Assembly (NCBI GenBank): GCA_964528675.1 | Contig: CAZGTU010000006.1 | Location: 29,424 to 93,423 of the forward strand | From: an uncultured Bacteroidaceae bacterium | GTDB lineage: Bacteria; Bacteroidota; Bacteroidia; Bacteroidales; GCA-2748055 | Length of the DNA stretch: 64,000 nt | Direction of reading: 5' to 3' | Shown here: positions 56,732-64,000 of the stretch, one piece after another | How the letters are laid out: each line of letters starts with the position of its first letter | Position numbering within the stretch: the stretch's first letter is position 1 | Notes under the pieces: generated by a model | Databases searched by the model: none | Seen by the model: the letters and a program-made list of their open reading frames with translations, nothing else | Told to the model about the DNA's origin: nothing | Program-made: the position numbers and the translations under genes

Positions 56732-57439
56732 ATGAATATATTGATTACAGGCACCAGCAGCGGAGTTGGATATGGCCTTGCTAAGCTTTACCTGGGGCAG
56801 GGAAATGTTGTATATGGTATCAGCAGGAAAATGAATGAAGTTCTGGAAGCATTTTCCGATTTCAGCTTCTTGTCCCTCGATCTCAATCATTTTTCCAAAA
56901 TCGAATCAGATATCCCCTTATTTCTGGATGGAATCTCCTCTCTTGATCTGGTCATACTAAATGCAGGGATTTTAAATGAAATAAAGGATCTGAAAGATAC
57001 CTCACTGGATGAGATCAAGAAGGTAATGGATATAAATGTCTGGTCAAATAAGATTCTTATAGACGCTCTGTTCCAATTATCCATCCCCATCCATCAAATT
57101 GTTGCCATATCTTCCGGAGCTTCGGTAAGCGGCTCACGGGGATGGAATGCTTATGCTTTATCCAAAGCAACATTAAATATGCTGATCGAACTTTATTCAA
57201 AAGAAAAAGCAGATACACATTTCACTTCCCTGGCACCGGGGCTGATTGATAGTAATATGCAAGATTATATATACAGTCTCGAGGAAGAGGAAAAATTCCC
57301 TGTTATTAAGAAATTAAAGTCAGCAAAAGGTACCGATGCGATGCCTGGTCCTGAAGAAGCTTCAAAAATTATTTCCGAAGGGATTAAAAAAGCGAGGAAT
57401 TATGAGAGCGGGGAATTTTTGGATGTGAGGAAGATTTGA
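56732..57439 (+). CDS. Short-chain dehydrogenase/reductase
   Basis: 'ILITGTSSGVG', 'ILNAG', 'ISSGA', catalytic 'YALSK'. Confidence 0.9.
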   Translation: MNILITGTSSGVGYGLAKLYLGQGNVVYGISRKMNEVLEAFSDFSFLSLDLNHFSKIESDIPLFLDGISSLDLVILNAGILNEIKDLKDTSLDEIKKVMDINVWSNKILIDALFQLSIPIHQIVAISSGASVSGSRGWNAYALSKATLNMLIELYSKEKADTHFTSLAPGLIDSNMQDYIYSLEEEEKFPVIKKLKSAKGTDAMPGPEEASKIISEGIKKARNYESGEFLDVRKI

Positions 57440-57459
57440 TTATTGGCTTGCAGGACCTC

Positions 57460-57508
57460 AGGGTTTAAGACCCTCAGGGTTGGAGAAACCCTGAGGGTCT
57501 TAAACCCT
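57460..57508. repeat. Perfect 22-bp inverted repeat, ACCCTnAGGGT-type REP
   Basis: agggtttaagaccctcagggtt (57460-57481), ggaga loop, aaccctgagggtcttaaaccct (57487-57508). Each arm contains the accct-n-agggt palindrome. Confidence 0.85.
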
Positions 57509-57656
57509 AAAAAAAGAGGCGTTCAAAAAGTCCTCCCGATTATGCAACCCCCTTGCAATATGTGCCTTAACCCCTTTGTAACAGATGCAAGGAATAATCG
57601 TTTTTTACTTTCTGACAGCCCCCTTTTTAAAGTCTGCTTTTAGAATTATTATTATA

Positions 57657-58259
57657 TCATTTAGCGATTCCAATTACTCCGCAGGCCAGTCGTGCACCCG
57701 CAGCGCCCGTAGGCTGAGATTCCAGATCATCTTCACCTGCATGAATTATAACCGCTCTTCCTATAATTGAATGTTCGCCATTTAATTCAATCACATTATC
57801 AATTCTTTCATAACCGGCATTACCGTCGGCATCGGCCACGATATTTCCTAGGTCCCCGACATGACGTTCAGTATCATCCGGTCCGCCATGTTCTTCACCT
57901 GTTGGATTATAATGGCCTCCTGCTGACGTCCCATCGGGTGCAGTGCAATCACCGTATTCATGTATGTGGAACCCATGTTTCCCTTCCGAAAGCCCTGAAG
58001 CGTCAGCAACAATTCTTACGCCTGTTTCGGTTCTGGTAAAAGTCACTGTAGCGGTAACATCATTTCCTTCTGTCGGATGAAGTACACAAACAGCTTTCTC
58101 CACAGTGGGTGCTTTGTATTCTTCATCCGGCATTTCTTCCATTGTCCCTTCTCCAGTTCCAGCTTCCGAAGTGTCCGAGCCATTTTGTGGACCACAGGCA
58201 CTGAAAAAGAATAATATCCCGAGGATCATTAAACTTTTAAAAAATATTCTTGATTTCAT
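57657..58259 (-). CDS. sodC: Cu/Zn superoxide dismutase, lipoprotein
   Basis: Lipobox 'FSAC'; 'HGFHIHE', 'SAGGHYNP', 'HVGDLGN', 'GRAVIIH', 'GARLACGVI'. Confidence 0.93.
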   Translation of the reverse strand: MKSRIFFKSLMILGILFFFSACGPQNGSDTSEAGTGEGTMEEMPDEEYKAPTVEKAVCVLHPTEGNDVTATVTFTRTETGVRIVADASGLSEGKHGFHIHEYGDCTAPDGTSAGGHYNPTGEEHGGPDDTERHVGDLGNIVADADGNAGYERIDNVIELNGEHSIIGRAVIIHAGEDDLESQPTGAAGARLACGVIGIAK

Positions 58260-58295
58260 AATTTTATACTTTTCTGATTATTAATTATTTATATT

Positions 58296-58640
58296 TCAAA
58301 CTATTTTATGACGATGTTTTGCAATCAAATCATAGATCCGGTTTCTGAATCCTACCGGTAATACTTTCGCCCATGAAATTATTTTAACCCATCCCTTTAA
58401 TTCTTGTGCAATTCTCAAAACTGCTTCCGATTTCAGATAAACCTTATTATCTTTAATCAACACCACTGATTCAGTGTAATTGTTTGGAAGTCCGTAACTT
58501 TTTAGTTTTTCTTTACCTTCATCGGAATAAAGAGATAAAAAATTAAAGTTACCTTCTCCCCCATTTCTTATAATAAAATTCACAGTTTTATTGCAAAAAA
58601 CACAGTCGTCATCTATCAGTAAAACCGGTTTCACCTCCAT
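58296..58640 (-). CDS. DCC1-like thiol-disulfide oxidoreductase family protein (DUF393)
   Basis: 'LIDDDCVFC', 'KSEAVLRI', 'RIYDLIAKHR'. Confidence 0.85.
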   Translation of the reverse strand: MEVKPVLLIDDDCVFCNKTVNFIIRNGGEGNFNFLSLYSDEGKEKLKSYGLPNNYTESVVLIKDNKVYLKSEAVLRIAQELKGWVKIISWAKVLPVGFRNRIYDLIAKHRHKIV

Positions 58641-58652
58641 ATTTATTATTCA

Positions 58653-59516
58653 TTAATCACTGCTATAAAACAAAACCGGCGTATCTGTTTGTTCAAGAAG
58701 ATTCTTCATGAGATCCTTCTTAAATAATTTTTCAAAAAGGTTCTTTTCACGTTTAAAAAGCAAAACAAGATCCGGTTTGTCTTTAAGTACATAATTGATC
58801 AATGTTTCCTTATAATGTTTTCCGGTAAGCATCTTACTGTTTACCGTCGATTCAGAAAAAACGGCTTTTGCTCCTTTTTCCCATTGACTCGATTTCATTT
58901 CGGTACCCAGGTAATCTTCATTTTTCGCAACATCCACAGCAACAATATTGGGTTTAAAACCTTCAAAAAGGTATGAGATCTTTGGATATTTTCCCAGGTC
59001 CTCAGCAGTGAAATGTGTGGGCAGAATTACCCTCTCAAATTCATGAAAAACCTGTCCGGGATGAACCAACAGATAGATCGCATTTATGTTTTTTATTGTT
59101 TCAATTATTTCCGTAAGTGAGTTGAAGATATCATTACTTGTCTGAGTATTGATCAGAATAATTGCCTCATGATCCTTCTCTGTCAGGGAGGTCAATTTTG
59201 TCTCAATATCCGTTTCTTCAATTACCGTATTTATCTTAAGCGGGTAGTTTAGCCTGGAACCTTCGGCACTCAATATCTTCTTCAAACCGACATCCGCATT
59301 CTGTTTTTCCCGTTCAATGAGTTTTTCATTGCTAAGCTTGTTTCCCGGTGAGATACTCTGTGAGTCGGCAACAGAACTATAAACACCGGGTAAAGTCCTG
59401 CTATCGATGGTATGGATTATATCCACCTCAGTTTCCAGAAACTTTGCAAATTTTAATCCATATGGAATGATACTTTCTACTTCGCTATGAATATCACTTA
59501 TTATAAAAATTTTCAT
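58653..59516 (-). CDS. Universal stress protein-like (tandem USP domains)
   Basis: USP-like start 'KIFIISD', second domain 'VILPTHF', end 'LLEQTDTPVLF'. Confidence 0.65.
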   Translation of the reverse strand: MKIFIISDIHSEVESIIPYGLKFAKFLETEVDIIHTIDSRTLPGVYSSVADSQSISPGNKLSNEKLIEREKQNADVGLKKILSAEGSRLNYPLKINTVIEETDIETKLTSLTEKDHEAIILINTQTSNDIFNSLTEIIETIKNINAIYLLVHPGQVFHEFERVILPTHFTAEDLGKYPKISYLFEGFKPNIVAVDVAKNEDYLGTEMKSSQWEKGAKAVFSESTVNSKMLTGKHYKETLINYVLKDKPDLVLLFKREKNLFEKLFKKDLMKNLLEQTDTPVLFYSSD

Positions 59517-59570
59517 CTTATGTTATTGTTTTATTTTTCTTCTTTGTTCTACCTTTGTTGAGTTTTTTAG

Positions 59571-59649
59571 AGTGTCTGTCCATAATGTCCGATAATTGCC
59601 CCGATAGCTATCGGGATAGACACATGACATTACAGACAGACTATAATTA
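59571..59649. mobile_element. Dispersed MITE/REP-like element, copy B
   Basis: Same 24-nt left end as 7877-7900. Perfect 16-bp palindrome cccgatagctatcggg (59600-59615). Right end gacagact-ataatta. Confidence 0.7.
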
Positions 59650-59692
59650 AATCTGATTCCTTACATAGCATTCTTTTTTAATCCATTTAACA

Positions 59693-61111
59693 TCATTTTC
59701 GTTTCATGGTATGAGTCGGATGACCGTAATAAAGCTCAGCACTTTCCATGATTGTCTCGGAAAGTGTAGGATGGGGGTGAATGGTTAGTTCAAGATCCCT
59801 GGCGTTTGCTGCCATTTCTATTGCCAGTGCAAGCTCAGAGATCATATCTCCGGCATTTTTACCGACAATTCCCGCACCTATTATCCTGTCATTTTCAGTA
59901 TTGATCAATAATTTTGTAAATCCTCTCTTTTCATTCATGGCCACAGCTCTTCCTGAGGCAGACCAGGGAAATTTCACAGTTTTAAAATCAATTCCCTTTT
60001 CTTTTGCTTCAGCCTGATTTAACCCGCAGGTGGCAATTTCCGGTTCAGTATAAATAACGGCCGGAATAGCCCTGGCATCGTTAATAGCTTTTTTCCCGGC
60101 AATCACCTCAGCCGCCACCCCGCCTTCATAACTTGCTTTATGGGCCAATAGAGGAGGTCCGGAAACATCGCCAATTGCATAAATATGACCGATTGATGTC
60201 TGTTGCTTCTCATTAACCCTGATAAAGCCTCTATCATCAGTTACAACCCCGACCTTATCAAGATTAAGATTTTCGCTGTTTGGTTTCTGGCCAACGGAAA
60301 CCAGCACCTTATCATATTCTTTGCTGAAATCTTTTTCATCTTTGTTTTTAAAGCTCACTTTCAGTGATTTTCCCTTTTTGGAAATTTCATTCACTTTTGT
60401 CTCAAAGAAGATATCCTCAAAAATATCTTTGGCCATTTTCTTATATTCCCTGATCAGGTCTTCATCCATTCCAGGCATGAAATTACCTGTAACCTCAACG
60501 ATAGAAACTTTTGATCCCAGGGATTGATAAATGGTGGCCATCTCAAGACCTATGTATCCCCCGCCAATTATCAGCAATTTTTTCGGAATATCCTTTAATT
60601 CAAGTGCATCAGCCGAGGTCATGATGTTTTCTTCACCGGTATCAATTCCGGGTAATGATACTGGACCGGCACCGGTGGCAATAATTACATTTTGAAAGGA
60701 GAGTTCATTCTCTTTAATCTTTTCTCCCTTCAATTTCAAGCTATGCTCATCCTTGAATTCTGCAATAGCTTTAATATGGTTGATCTTCCTGGACTTAACC
60801 AACTGCCCCAATCCCCCGGTAAGCTTTTTCACAACATTGTTTTTCCATTCTCCGATCTTTTTAATATCAATATCCGGAGAAGAAAACTTCATTCCCATTT
60901 CATCAGCATGCAAAGCATCATTTTTAATCTTTGCAAGGTGAAGCAAAGCTTTAGTAGGTATACATCCCCTGTACAGACATACCCCCCCGGGATTTTCTTC
61001 AGGATCAATGAGGGTGACATCAAGACCGAGATCTGCAGCCATAAAAGCTGCACGATAGCCCCCGGGTCCTCCTCCTATTACAATGAGTTCATGTTTATCT
61101 TTTTCAGCCAT
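59693..61111 (-). CDS. lpdA: Dihydrolipoyl dehydrogenase (E3)
   Basis: 'IGGGPGGY.AA', redox 'GGVCLYRGCIPTK', 'IIGGGYIGLE', 'YAIGDV', 'HPHPTLSE'. Confidence 0.97.
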   Translation of the reverse strand: MAEKDKHELIVIGGGPGGYRAAFMAADLGLDVTLIDPEENPGGVCLYRGCIPTKALLHLAKIKNDALHADEMGMKFSSPDIDIKKIGEWKNNVVKKLTGGLGQLVKSRKINHIKAIAEFKDEHSLKLKGEKIKENELSFQNVIIATGAGPVSLPGIDTGEENIMTSADALELKDIPKKLLIIGGGYIGLEMATIYQSLGSKVSIVEVTGNFMPGMDEDLIREYKKMAKDIFEDIFFETKVNEISKKGKSLKVSFKNKDEKDFSKEYDKVLVSVGQKPNSENLNLDKVGVVTDDRGFIRVNEKQQTSIGHIYAIGDVSGPPLLAHKASYEGGVAAEVIAGKKAINDARAIPAVIYTEPEIATCGLNQAEAKEKGIDFKTVKFPWSASGRAVAMNEKRGFTKLLINTENDRIIGAGIVGKNAGDMISELALAIEMAANARDLELTIHPHPTLSETIMESAELYYGHPTHTMKRK

Positions 61112-61127
61112 AATAACCTATTATTCT

Positions 61128-62438
61128 TTATTGTAAAAGCGCATAAGGATCTTCAATCACATCACATATCCATCTTAAAAATCTTGCTCCGTCTGCTCCG
61201 TCAATAATCCTGTGATCGTAAGAAAGTGAAATAGGAATGATCAGGCGCTTTTTAAATTCTTCATCTTTATATACCTGCCTGTAACTTGCCCTTGAAACTC
61301 CGAGAATTGCCACCTGGGGAGCATATACAATTGGAGTAAATGCTGTACCCCCGATTCCTCCCAGGTTAGAGATAGTGAAGTTTCCTCCCTTCATTTCATC
61401 GGATTGTATCTTCTTGTTCCTTGCTTTCTCTGCAATTTCGGTTAATTCAACAGAAAGGTCTTTGAGTGATTTTTTATTGACATCATTAATCACCGGAACA
61501 AGCAAACCCCTGGGGGTATCTACCGCAACTCCAATATTGTAATAATGTTTATAAATGATCTCTTTCCTCTCATTATCCAGACTGGCATTGAACCTCGGGA
61601 ATTTCTGAAGAGCGAAACCGGCAATTTTCAGAAGTAAGGCAGTGACCGTAAGTTTACCTCCTGCTTTTTCATATTTCTCCTGGTTCTTTTTTCTGAAATC
61701 CTCAAGCTCAGTGATATCAGCTTCATCAAACTGCGTGACATGAGGAATTACCTGCCAGGACTTTTGCACACTATCGGCCGTTATTTTACGAATATTGCTC
61801 ATAGATTCACGTGAAACTGAGCCCCATTGTGAAAAGTCGGGTAATTCCTGTTCTTCGGGTGCCGCCTTCTTTTTTTCAGGCTTTTCAGCATATTTTTTCA
61901 CGTCCTCTTCAGTGATGCGGTTGCCCGGGCCTGTACCTTCAACCTCTGTAATATCAATATCCATTTCTCTTGCCAGTCTCCTCACTGACGGAGAAGCCGG
62001 GACATCTTCAGGTTTTTTTCCATCTTTTTCAGGCTGTTCCTCCTTCTTTTCTTCTTTTTCAGCTTTTGCCTTCGCAGCTTTCTCTTCCTTATCTTCCTCC
62101 GACTCTTCTTCCTCTTCTGTCTCTTTTTCCTTCTCTTCTTTCTCTTCTTCTTTAGCTTCTTCCCTGGTTTCCTTTTTTTCTTTCTCTTCTTCTCCTTCTT
62201 CTTCAACCTCAATAATCATAAGCACCTGGTTTACTTTTACTTCATCACCTTCCTTTACCTTAATTTCATCTACAACCCCATCATAATCAGAAGGAATATC
62301 TGTTGTGGCCTTATCCGTTTCAACCTCAACCAGTGCCTGATCTTTGGATACTTTATCCCCTTTTGACACCAGTACACCGGCAATGAGTCCTGATTCAACA
62401 TTTTCTGCAATATCCGGTACTTTAATTTCTTTTTTCAT
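61128..62438 (-). CDS. aceF: Pyruvate dehydrogenase E2 (one lipoyl domain)
   Basis: Lipoyl 'EVETDKA', E3-binding 'ASPSVRRLARE', catalytic 'SLSYDHRIIDGADGARF'. Confidence 0.93.
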   Translation of the reverse strand: MKKEIKVPDIAENVESGLIAGVLVSKGDKVSKDQALVEVETDKATTDIPSDYDGVVDEIKVKEGDEVKVNQVLMIIEVEEEGEEEKEKKETREEAKEEEKEEKEKETEEEEESEEDKEEKAAKAKAEKEEKKEEQPEKDGKKPEDVPASPSVRRLAREMDIDITEVEGTGPGNRITEEDVKKYAEKPEKKKAAPEEQELPDFSQWGSVSRESMSNIRKITADSVQKSWQVIPHVTQFDEADITELEDFRKKNQEKYEKAGGKLTVTALLLKIAGFALQKFPRFNASLDNERKEIIYKHYYNIGVAVDTPRGLLVPVINDVNKKSLKDLSVELTEIAEKARNKKIQSDEMKGGNFTISNLGGIGGTAFTPIVYAPQVAILGVSRASYRQVYKDEEFKKRLIIPISLSYDHRIIDGADGARFLRWICDVIEDPYALLQ

Positions 62439-62499
62439 TTTGGTTTATATTTTCTTGATGCTAATTATCCAATCAATTCATTATCTGTGGATAAATAAG

Positions 62500-63999
62500 C
62501 TACTGTGATATTTTATATTTTCCTGGAGATTCTTTTTCTTCATCAATACCTAAATCTTTTTTTGCCTTATTCAGTAATTTCTTATCGATTTTATTGTTAT
62601 CGTGAAGACATACCAGGGTACTCCAGACAAGGTGTTTTGCATTGACTTCAAAATGCTCCCTCAATTCATCCCTGTGATCGCTGGGGCCGAAACCATCGGT
62701 TCCGAGTGCGGTAAAACTTCCGGGAAACCAATAAGCTACTGAGCGAGGCAAAGCCTTTACATAATCGGATGCAGCTACAAAAATCCCTTCATCTTTTCCT
62801 ACTGACTTTTCTATAAAATTCTTTTCTTTCTTCTTTCTGAGCCTGTTTTTTCTGTCAGTTTCTATGGCATCATCATACAATTGCTTGTAACTGGTTACAC
62901 TCCACACTTCAGGATAGATATCATAATCTTTTTTCAATATTCCGGCCGCTTCAAGGGCCTCATTCAGGATTGTTCCACTTCCCAGCAGATGTATATTATG
63001 TTCATTTTTCTGAGTGGATTTATATTTATACATCCCATTGATTATTCCTTCTTCCACATCATTTCTTGACGGTTTTTTGGGCATGCGATATTTCTCATTC
63101 ATCATGGTTATGTAATAAAAAACATCTTCTCCATCCTTGAACATTCTCTTCATTCCATCCTGAACAATCACTGCCAGCTCGTAGGCAAAGGCAGGATCAT
63201 ATGCCCTCACGGCAGGGTTAGACATGGCCAGCAGGTGACTATGTCCGTCGGTATGCTGAAGTCCCTCCCCGGCAAGGGTGGTTCTTCCTGAAGTTCCTCC
63301 CACCAGGAATCCCTTTGCACGTGCATCGGCTGCTGCCCAGATCAGGTCTCCCACTCTCTGGAAACCAAACATGGAATAAAAAATATAGAAAGGAATACAA
63401 TTGATTTTATGGGTGGAATAGGCAGTTCCGGCAGCAATAAATGAGGACATGGAACCTGCTTCTGTTATTCCTTCTTCAAGGATAGCACCATCCTTTGCTT
63501 CCTTATAATAAAGCAGGCTTTCTTTGTCTACCGGTTCATAGAGCTGTCCGGTATGTGCATAAATTCCCACCTGTTTGAAAAGTGAATCCATTCCGAATGT
63601 TCTTGATTCATCCGGAACGATTGGAACCATCAATTTTCCGACATTCTCATCTTTCAGTAGTTTGGAAAGCATCTGCACAATGGCCATTGTTGTGGCAACT
63701 TCCCGTTTTCCAGAACCTTCCAGGAATTCTTCAAATAATTTCGGATCGGGCATCTCAAACCCGGGATTAGCAGTTTCTCTTTTCGGTAAATAACCTCCCA
63801 ATTTTTCTCTTCTCTCTTTCAGGTATTTAATTTCATCACTGTCATCATCGGGTTTATAAAACGGGGCCTTTGCAAGTTCTTCATCTGATATTGGAATATT
63901 GAAGCGTTCTCTAAACTGGATCAATTCTTCTTCATTTAGTTTCTTTTGCTGATGGGTAATATTACGGCCTTCTCCTGCCTCACCGAGACCATAACCCTT
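62500..63999 (-). CDS. aceE: Pyruvate dehydrogenase E1, homodimeric AceE type (5' part beyond window)
   Basis: Frame is open to the edge (KGYGLGEAGEGRNITHQQKK...); 'PIVPDESRTFGM', 'EEGITEAGSMSSFIAAGT', 'YSMFGFQRVGD', 'GRTTLAGEGLQH', 'LGTDGFG'. Confidence 0.95.
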   Translation of the reverse strand, partial: KGYGLGEAGEGRNITHQQKKLNEEELIQFRERFNIPISDEELAKAPFYKPDDDSDEIKYLKERREKLGGYLPKRETANPGFEMPDPKLFEEFLEGSGKREVATTMAIVQMLSKLLKDENVGKLMVPIVPDESRTFGMDSLFKQVGIYAHTGQLYEPVDKESLLYYKEAKDGAILEEGITEAGSMSSFIAAGTAYSTHKINCIPFYIFYSMFGFQRVGDLIWAAADARAKGFLVGGTSGRTTLAGEGLQHTDGHSHLLAMSNPAVRAYDPAFAYELAVIVQDGMKRMFKDGEDVFYYITMMNEKYRMPKKPSRNDVEEGIINGMYKYKSTQKNEHNIHLLGSGTILNEALEAAGILKKDYDIYPEVWSVTSYKQLYDDAIETDRKNRLRKKKEKNFIEKSVGKDEGIFVAASDYVKALPRSVAYWFPGSFTALGTDGFGPSDHRDELREHFEVNAKHLVWSTLVCLHDNNKIDKKLLNKAKKDLGIDEEKESPGKYKISQ

Positions 64000-64000
64000 A

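Noticed and set aside
57443-57770. Short ORFs 57443-57643 and 57585-57770
   Set aside because: They run through the REP hairpin and antisense to sodC; no coding signal.
61795-62286. 163-aa Ser/Phe-rich ORF on + strand (and the K/R-rich 61982-62212 ORF)
   Set aside because: Antisense or alternative-frame shadows of the Glu/Lys-rich AceF linker.
1-64000. tRNA, rRNA, transposase, integrase, phage or defence genes; remaining short antisense ORFs in the track
   Set aside because: No supporting motifs recognised. The short ORFs lie opposite or out of frame to long, well-supported genes.

Overview
Bacterial DNA, almost certainly Bacteroidota: SusC/SusD pairs, a hybrid two-component regulator (HTCS), type IX secretion (T9SS) C-terminal domains, a short RpoD lacking region 1.1, and TAnnTTTG promoter motifs. 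The many acidic secreted proteins suggest a marine or sediment Bacteroidales/Marinilabiliales relative (inference). 1-21 kb is mixed housekeeping and metabolic: two OB-fold paralogs, a secreted ADP-ribosylglycohydrolase-fold protein, a lysine-ketoglutarate reductase-like enzyme, rpe, rpoD, rho, a Tat TIM-barrel protein, GH97, a membrane SpeE-like protein, leuC-leuD-cimA-leuB, an orphan E2 catalytic domain and a Tat aldo/keto reductase. 21-55 kb is one ~34 kb glycan locus centred on an HTCS. Leftward is an all-lipoprotein import operon (fasciclin-SusC-SusD-fasciclin-fasciclin-SusC-SusD). Rightward is a T9SS-exported arm: a 1264-aa non-catalytic repeat protein, GH5-FN3-CBM6, a truncated GH5_2-like cellulase, CBM35-GH26 fused to an unassigned beta-helix, and GH9 with Cys-rich repeats. 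55-64 kb holds stress/redox genes (PfpI, SDR, Cu/Zn SOD, DCC1-like, USP) and an E. coli-type aceE-aceF-lpdA cluster cut by the window edge. Intergenic DNA carries several REP/MITE-like palindrome families and 7-8-nt tandem arrays. I saw no rRNA, tRNA, CRISPR array, transposase or phage gene. All family calls come from motif recognition by eye, not database searches.
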